A stretch of DNA of 31,489 nucleotides from Promethearchaeota archaeon (GTDB taxonomy: Archaea; Asgardarchaeota; Lokiarchaeia; Sigyniarchaeales; SOKP01). A program made the translations under genes and the position numbers. Every line of letters begins with the position of its first letter. Within the stretch, counting starts at the first letter, position 1. Below, one piece after another: positions 26,725 through 31,489 of this stretch. Below the pieces are notes generated by a model. The model was not told the DNA's origin, did no database searches, and was given only the letters and a program-made list of their open reading frames with translations. The DNA lies in contig JAEOTZ010000062.1 of assembly GCA_016839585.1 (NCBI GenBank), forward strand, positions 1-31,489, in the 5' to 3' direction.

Positions 26725-27746
26725 TATTTATAAACACCTCCTATTTCATTTACTCCAGTTAGTTCAATGAATAAATTTTCAAGAAGACCTGCTTTAGGCA
26801 CCGAATATTCTAAGATTTCATAACCATTTTCCAAGAGGACTTTTAGAATATCTGTTTGATTCTTAGGATTTCCATTAAAAAATAATTGGAAAACTTTGTT
26901 ATCATCATAATATTTTATCCAGTTTTCTTCTTCTGCTATTCCTGTTAGTGGAGCAATAAAAGTTTTTAACTGTGTTATAAAATCATCAACTTTACCATCT
27001 GGGGGATTCAATAACTCAAAATGGATAACACTTTTTTTCGCTTTCCCTTCTAAATTATTTAGTGTATCAAATGCAATTAATTCCCCGCGATTGATTATAG
27101 CAATTCTATCTGCCACTTCACTGATTTCATAAAGTAAGTGACTACTAAGAAATATTGTTTTTCCCATTTTCTTCAACTTTAAAATAAAATCACGGACTTC
27201 TTTCCTCGCACCTGGATCTAAGCCTGTTTGAGGTTCATCTAAGACAATTATATCCGGATCGTGAATAATTGCTGAAGCAATACCAATTTTTTGGCGCATT
27301 CCTTTAGAAAAAGTACCAATTTTCTTGTCTTTCCATTTTAACATTCCTAACATATTAAGGACAGTATCAATCCTTTCATCTAGCCTTACACGTGGATAAC
27401 CTTTCAATTTTGCGAAATATTTTAGAATTTCTTTAGGAGTCACTTTTCCATAAAAAGCAGGAATTTCTATAAGGAAGCCAATATTATCTAAGAGGTAATC
27501 TTTATTAATCCTTGTCAATTTCTTAAGTTCACCGTTAGCTCTTATCCATATTTCACCTTCATTAGGATTTAGTAAATAAGCCATCATTTTCATTGTAGTA
27601 GTTTTCCCGGCTCCATTCGGTCCCAAGAAACCTACGATTTCACCATGCTTTATTTCTAAATTAACTCCTTTCACGGCATAAAAATCTCCAAATTTTTTGG
27701 TCAGATTTTTAATTTGTATCAAAATTTCTTGATTTTTCTTATTCAT
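26724..27746 (-). CDS. ABC transporter ATP-binding protein (CcmA/BcrA-like)
   Basis: GPNGAGKT, FSKGMRQK, LDEPQTGLDP, SSHLL.E and LENLF; TAATG-coupled to padR. Confidence 0.93.
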   Translation of the reverse strand: MNKKNQEILIQIKNLTKKFGDFYAVKGVNLEIKHGEIVGFLGPNGAGKTTTMKMMAYLLNPNEGEIWIRANGELKKLTRINKDYLLDNIGFLIEIPAFYGKVTPKEILKYFAKLKGYPRVRLDERIDTVLNMLGMLKWKDKKIGTFSKGMRQKIGIASAIIHDPDIIVLDEPQTGLDPGARKEVRDFILKLKKMGKTIFLSSHLLYEISEVADRIAIINRGELIAFDTLNNLEGKAKKSVIHFELLNPPDGKVDDFITQLKTFIAPLTGIAEEENWIKYYDDNKVFQLFFNGNPKNQTDILKVLLENGYEILEYSVPKAGLLENLFIELTGVNEIGGVYK

Positions 27747-28474
27747 TATTCTTCCTCCCCTTCAAATCTTTCAATTGATTCATTAATCATCTCTTTGATC
27801 TTCTCACGGTCTAAATCACCCATTTTTTCAATTTCTTCAATAATTTTATCTAGATCGATTTTACTTTTTTTTAATTTCTCAATTCTCGTTTCTATACGTT
27901 GTAGCATACTTTTCATCCAAGATCTTATACCTCTGAAAAAATCAATAGCATCATCCTTAGTCTCAAATTCTTTTATTTTTTCTAAAATCATCATTTTTAA
28001 TCCCATAGCAGGATTTATTTCACCCATCATTCCAAATACATGCGCCCATTTTAGTTTCAATTCTTCCAAAAAGCTATTTCCTAATTCTGTTATCATGTAA
28101 AATTTATTTGCCCTTCCATCTATTATTTCCTCCTTTGTTTCTAAATATTTTCTTACTTCTAAATCTTGTAAAGTTCTAATAAGTGTTCCTCTTGGAAACT
28201 TATATTTTTCTTGTAATTGATAACCAGTTATACCGTCAGAATATTCAGAAATTATTAATAAAACTAAATAATCCCTTATCTCTTGAAATAATTCTTTGCC
28301 AAATGGTAATGGAAATTTGAAAAATGGAGGTAAAAATGGTGGCCGTAATCCAAAAGGTGGTGAATCTCCATATGGTGGCGAATGTGGATGTTTATGATGA
28401 TCAGGGGGACCCTGTCCCATAAATCTGTGTGGTCCATTCTCAAACTTAAATTGATCTGTATCTCTATTAAACAT
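27746..28474 (-). CDS. PadR family winged-helix transcriptional regulator with His/Pro/Phe-rich N-terminus and C-terminal coiled coil
   Basis: VLLII.....TGYQL......RGTL.R.L..LE...YL......GRANKFY.ITELG...L.....W is the PadR pattern; it heads the ABC gene run. Confidence 0.88.
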   Translation of the reverse strand: MFNRDTDQFKFENGPHRFMGQGPPDHHKHPHSPPYGDSPPFGLRPPFLPPFFKFPLPFGKELFQEIRDYLVLLIISEYSDGITGYQLQEKYKFPRGTLIRTLQDLEVRKYLETKEEIIDGRANKFYMITELGNSFLEELKLKWAHVFGMMGEINPAMGLKMMILEKIKEFETKDDAIDFFRGIRSWMKSMLQRIETRIEKLKKSKIDLDKIIEEIEKMGDLDREKIKEMINESIERFEGEEE

Positions 28475-28480
28475 ACCTTT

Positions 28481-28487
28481 ATCACCT
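28481..28487 (-). promoter_or_regulatory. Shine-Dalgarno site of padR
   Basis: The minus strand reads AGGTGAT, 6 nt upstream of the ATG at 28474. Confidence 0.75.
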
Positions 28488-28500
28488 TTAATTGAAATTG

Positions 28501-28583
28501 TTGTCCAAATAGGTCATATGATCAAATAATGAAAACGCCTATTTAAACTTTATTGTGATCTGACATATGTCCAAATATGACCT
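28501..28583 (-). promoter_or_regulatory. padR promoter: TATA box flanked by candidate 17-bp operators (ATGTC-N7-GACAT-like)
   Basis: Minus-strand TTTAAATA at 28547-28540 with purine-rich AAAG upstream; direct repeat TGTCCAAATA at 28502 and 28568; inverted repeat AGGTCATAT (28511-28519) / ATATGACCT (28575-28583); perfect palindrome GACATATGTC at 28562-28571. Confidence 0.65.
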
Positions 28584-28799
28584 TAAACGAAACATTCCCA
28601 ATAGTCAATATGGCAGAATATCAAAACCTAATAATAAGTAATGGACATTCTTATAACAGAGAAATATAGAATAAAGCAAATCTTAATTAGCATTTAATTT
28701 TCATTTGTAACAAATTTATTTAAGACATTTTGGGGTGCTTAAAGAAACTAATATAAAGTATTATCTCTAAGAAATTATTATTAATGAATGTGAAAAATT

Positions 28800-30140
28800 A
28801 TGACAGAAGTATATATTGAAGATACAAATCAAGGGATTAAATCAGCCGTAAATCAAATTTTCTCTCGCATTCGGAAAAGTGGCCAATCTATTCTTAAAAG
28901 TTCCAAAGAAGATTATATTAAAGTGAATGGTATTGATTTTAAGAAACATACGTATACATCACCAGAAGTTTTAGAAGCTGTCATTCTATATTTAAAAGAA
29001 GTAGGAGCAGATGTTTATGTAATGGAAAACTCCACACAGGGAAATTTCACTAGGATTGTTTTTGCTATCACTGGATATAAAGAAGTGTGCGAAAAAATAG
29101 GAGTAAAATTTATTTATTTGGATGAAGAGGATACAGAAACATATGAATTTAAAGGTAAACCTTCGGCAAAAGATGATCCTAAAGGATATAATTTGATGAC
29201 TTTCAGATTACCTACAACAATAGTTAAAATTATGGAAAATAGAGATTCCATCACATATATAAATTTACCAAAATTGAAAACTCACAGTATGGCGGTTGTT
29301 ACACTGGGTATTAAAAATCAATGGGGTTTTCCTCAACATGCAGATCGGGGGAAGGATCACAATTATAATCTCCATTCAAAATTAGTAGATGTTTATGAAT
29401 TGATAAAACCAGATATTTGCATAATCGATGGTTCGGGGGGAGGAACTATTCATGGTCATTACCCTCCAACAGCATGGGAAGAAAAATTAGTAATCCCATT
29501 TAATATTTTAATTGGCGGGAGAGATACTTTAGCAGTTGATGTCGTAGGAGCAAGAATATTTGGCTTAAATATTAATGAAGTTCCCCATTTAAAAATAGCG
29601 TATGAACGAGGGCTTGGAGAAGGTGATTTAAACAAAATAAAAGTAGTAGGTAAAGATTTAGAAGAATATAAACAAAAGTATGAATGGGATCTCCTACAGA
29701 AATTTCCTGAAAATGTTAAAATTGTAAAAGGAAAGGATTTGTTATGTAGAGAAGGATGCCAAAATAATCCCTTAACTTTATTACAATGGTTAGCTTTCGA
29801 TTATCCAGAAAAATTCAAAGGAGGGTGGTTTTTAGTTATGGGGAAGGGGCATTCCAAAAATCTTGTAAATCAATTAAAAGCTGAGGGCTTTACCAAAGGT
29901 CTTTTTGCAGGATATTGTGCGATTAATGAAGTTGGTGAAAAACTCAGAACTGAATTTGGTAAAAGGAAAGTATTTTTTTCTGGTGATTGTAATAATTTAG
30001 CTGAGACTCTAACTGCAGAACTTAAGTTATCAAAAATGAGTGTTTTTGATTTAGTTCCAATTCCAATCGAAGAAGTAACTAAACTAATAATGGAAGCTAA
30101 GAAACATGGAAGCAAAGCGTTAATCCCTGCCTTACGTTGA
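28800..30140 (+). CDS. DUF362 domain-containing protein (putative Fe-S/metal enzyme)
   Basis: IKVN, T.PEV..AV, INLPKLKTH....TLGIKN.WG, KPD..IIDG, D.LAVD.VGA...G.....VPHL..A...GLG, plus a C-terminal domain with C..GC, G.CA and G.C. Confidence 0.85.
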   Translation: MTEVYIEDTNQGIKSAVNQIFSRIRKSGQSILKSSKEDYIKVNGIDFKKHTYTSPEVLEAVILYLKEVGADVYVMENSTQGNFTRIVFAITGYKEVCEKIGVKFIYLDEEDTETYEFKGKPSAKDDPKGYNLMTFRLPTTIVKIMENRDSITYINLPKLKTHSMAVVTLGIKNQWGFPQHADRGKDHNYNLHSKLVDVYELIKPDICIIDGSGGGTIHGHYPPTAWEEKLVIPFNILIGGRDTLAVDVVGARIFGLNINEVPHLKIAYERGLGEGDLNKIKVVGKDLEEYKQKYEWDLLQKFPENVKIVKGKDLLCREGCQNNPLTLLQWLAFDYPEKFKGGWFLVMGKGHSKNLVNQLKAEGFTKGLFAGYCAINEVGEKLRTEFGKRKVFFSGDCNNLAETLTAELKLSKMSVFDLVPIPIEEVTKLIMEAKKHGSKALIPALR

Positions 30141-30208
30141 AAAAGCAAACTTTTTTCTCTACATTAAAATAAAGAAATTTTTTAAAGAATAATAACAAAT
30201 AAAATATT

Positions 30209-30958
30209 GTGAATTTAAGTTCAGTTTATTCTGACATCAAACAATTCTTATCAATTTCAGATGATAACTTTGATCTAGAGAAAACTGTTAATCTTTATTT
30301 TAAGTCGGAGCCAGATGAGAATAAACTGGAACTTTTAGCCGATATTTTAAGTTTTATTAATTACTTTTCAATGTTTAAAGAGATTAAACCATTTATGAAT
30401 TCTCTTTATAATTGTATTAATAATTCCATTGAATTTACAACAGATTCAATGAAGGATTATGAAGAATTATTAAGTAAAAATTCAATTTTGCACTTTGTAC
30501 AAGAATATATTGATTATTCACAACTAACCTATAAAAGAAAAATTTTAAAATTTTTATCAGATTCATTAGAAAAACTTCAAATTCAACCTTTAATCATTAA
30601 TCTTGGATTACTCCTTAAACCAATGTATCAAGATCGAGAATATGTCGATTATTTAGATAAAATCAAAGAAACTGAAGTTACCTATATTTTGGATAATGAA
30701 GCAGAAATTCAAATAAAAGAACAAATCGATAATTGGCTAAAATCTCGGAATATTAACTTAGATAACCAAGAACAAGTAAAAGAACACTTAAAACATGAAT
30801 TTGATAGCTTAATTTTAAAATATAATATAAATCAAAATAATGAAATTTACAAAAGATTACAAATGGATATTTTGGAAATGTTTTCAATGAAGCTTGCCTT
30901 AATAAGCCTTACAATTTTTACTTCAGATGATTCATTGGAACCAATCCCAATCAAGTAA
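30209..30958 (+). CDS. Hypothetical all-alpha soluble protein
   Basis: 249-aa GTG-started ORF with amphipathic helical pattern; no recognised motif. Confidence 0.75.
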   Translation: MNLSSVYSDIKQFLSISDDNFDLEKTVNLYFKSEPDENKLELLADILSFINYFSMFKEIKPFMNSLYNCINNSIEFTTDSMKDYEELLSKNSILHFVQEYIDYSQLTYKRKILKFLSDSLEKLQIQPLIINLGLLLKPMYQDREYVDYLDKIKETEVTYILDNEAEIQIKEQIDNWLKSRNINLDNQEQVKEHLKHEFDSLILKYNINQNNEIYKRLQMDILEMFSMKLALISLTIFTSDDSLEPIPIK

Positions 30959-31100
30959 TATATCAAAGAATTTAGTACTAATTCTTATAATAGTATTAAA
31001 TCTAAAATCCAAATTCTTAACTTGAACTTAAAAATAATTAAATACTTGTTTTGATATTATATTTAAAAATAACGTGATTATTTCTGCGAAAGTGAGAATA

Positions 31101-31489
31101 ATGGGAGATGATGAAAAACCCTTAACTAGTGAAGAAATAGAAAGACAAAAGAAAATTGTTGATAAAATCTATAAGAAAGAAAAGGAAGAGAGAGATACCT
31201 ATTTAAAAGATACAGAGGAAGAAAGAAAAAAATCCTTCGAAGAAAGTAAAGAACTTATTATGGATTCGATTGAGGAAAAAGCTTTTACAATTGAAAAGAA
31301 GAGAGAAAAAGATGTTGAACGATTGGAAATAAAAACAGATATTGAAGGAGTAGCTAAAAAAATTGAAAAATCTGTAGGAGAAAAAGCTTTTATTATTGAT
31401 CGCCAGAAGGAAAGTGCCACACAATTAAAGGAAATGCACCCAGATATTATTGGAACTGCAGAAAAGATCGAGAAATCCGTTGGAGAAAA
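31101..31489 (+). CDS. Partial (3'-truncated) Glu/Lys-rich protein with 35-aa tandem repeats
   Basis: ATG at 31101 opens a stop-free frame to the window end: MGDDEKPLTSEEIERQKKIVDKIYKKEKEERDTYLKDTEEERKKSFEESKELIMDSIEEKAFTIEKK...DIEGVAKKIEKSVGEKAFII...DIIGTAEKIEKSVGE. It is absent from the ORF track because it has no stop codon in the window. Confidence 0.85.
   Translation, partial: MGDDEKPLTSEEIERQKKIVDKIYKKEKEERDTYLKDTEEERKKSFEESKELIMDSIEEKAFTIEKKREKDVERLEIKTDIEGVAKKIEKSVGEKAFIIDRQKESATQLKEMHPDIIGTAEKIEKSVGE
31266..31489 (+). repeat. 105-bp (35-codon) degenerate coding tandem repeat
   Basis: Units begin at 31266, 31371 and 31476 (exact 105-bp period): SIEEKAF..., SVGEKAF..., SVGE... Confidence 0.8.

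Noticed and set aside
28501-28583. Mini-CRISPR or transposon end at the repeated intergenic motifs
   Set aside because: The repeats are about 10 bp and degenerate, lack spacer periodicity, and no cas or transposase gene is nearby; an operator interpretation fits better.
28610-28669. 19-codon ORF MAEYQNLIISNGHSYNREI in the padR/DUF362 intergenic region
   Set aside because: Too short, with no ribosome-binding site or motif; expected by chance.
26054-30148. Nested ORFs 26054..26296, 26099..26311, 27714..28100, 28276..28485 and 29870..30148
   Set aside because: Shadows of the permease, padR and DUF362 genes; the His-rich 28276..28485 frame is a by-product of Pro codons in the PadR arm.
30138-30167. 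Selenocysteine read-through at TGA stops (DUF362, uvrC, ABC genes)
   Set aside because: The proteins look complete at the TGA, two TGAs serve as start-stop overlaps, and no SECIS-like hairpin is visible downstream.
31199-31424. Two 73-aa minus-strand Phe/Ser-rich ORFs
   Set aside because: They are antisense reads of the real Glu/Lys-rich plus-strand gene starting at 31101.
1-31489. tRNA, rRNA, structured ncRNA, IS element or provirus
   Set aside because: All intergenic gaps are short and extremely AT-rich with no GC-rich stems; no integrase, transposase or capsid-like ORF was recognised.

Overview
A very AT-rich, densely coded archaeal chromosomal segment, most likely Asgard (Lokiarchaeia-like). 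The assignment rests on an aIF2-gamma, a TFS, a DHH/RecJ-Cdc45-type nuclease and, most tellingly, a homologue of ribosomal protein eL22, which is otherwise typical of eukaryotes and Asgard archaea. The left half holds two doubly membrane-anchored surface proteins (one a gingipain-like C25 peptidase), information-processing genes, CitG, a form III RuBisCO convergent with ribose-1,5-bisphosphate isomerase, UvrC, a phosphohexomutase, a ROK kinase, a radical SAM enzyme and an alpha/beta hydrolase. The right half holds a PadR-led cluster of three ABC exporters, a DUF362 protein, a hypothetical protein and a truncated 35-aa-repeat protein missed by the ORF track. I found no rRNA, tRNA, CRISPR array or mobile element. 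The most unusual signals are: (1) two unrelated ABC ATPases each carrying a ~100-115 aa Met-rich insertion that ends in a shared helix-Pro-helix motif resembling eukaryotic ubiquitin-binding motifs; (2) an HhH domain fused N-terminally to aIF2-gamma; (3) a readable 17-bp operator array around the PadR TATA box; (4) a probable ATT start codon. All family calls come from motif recognition by eye; no searches were run.
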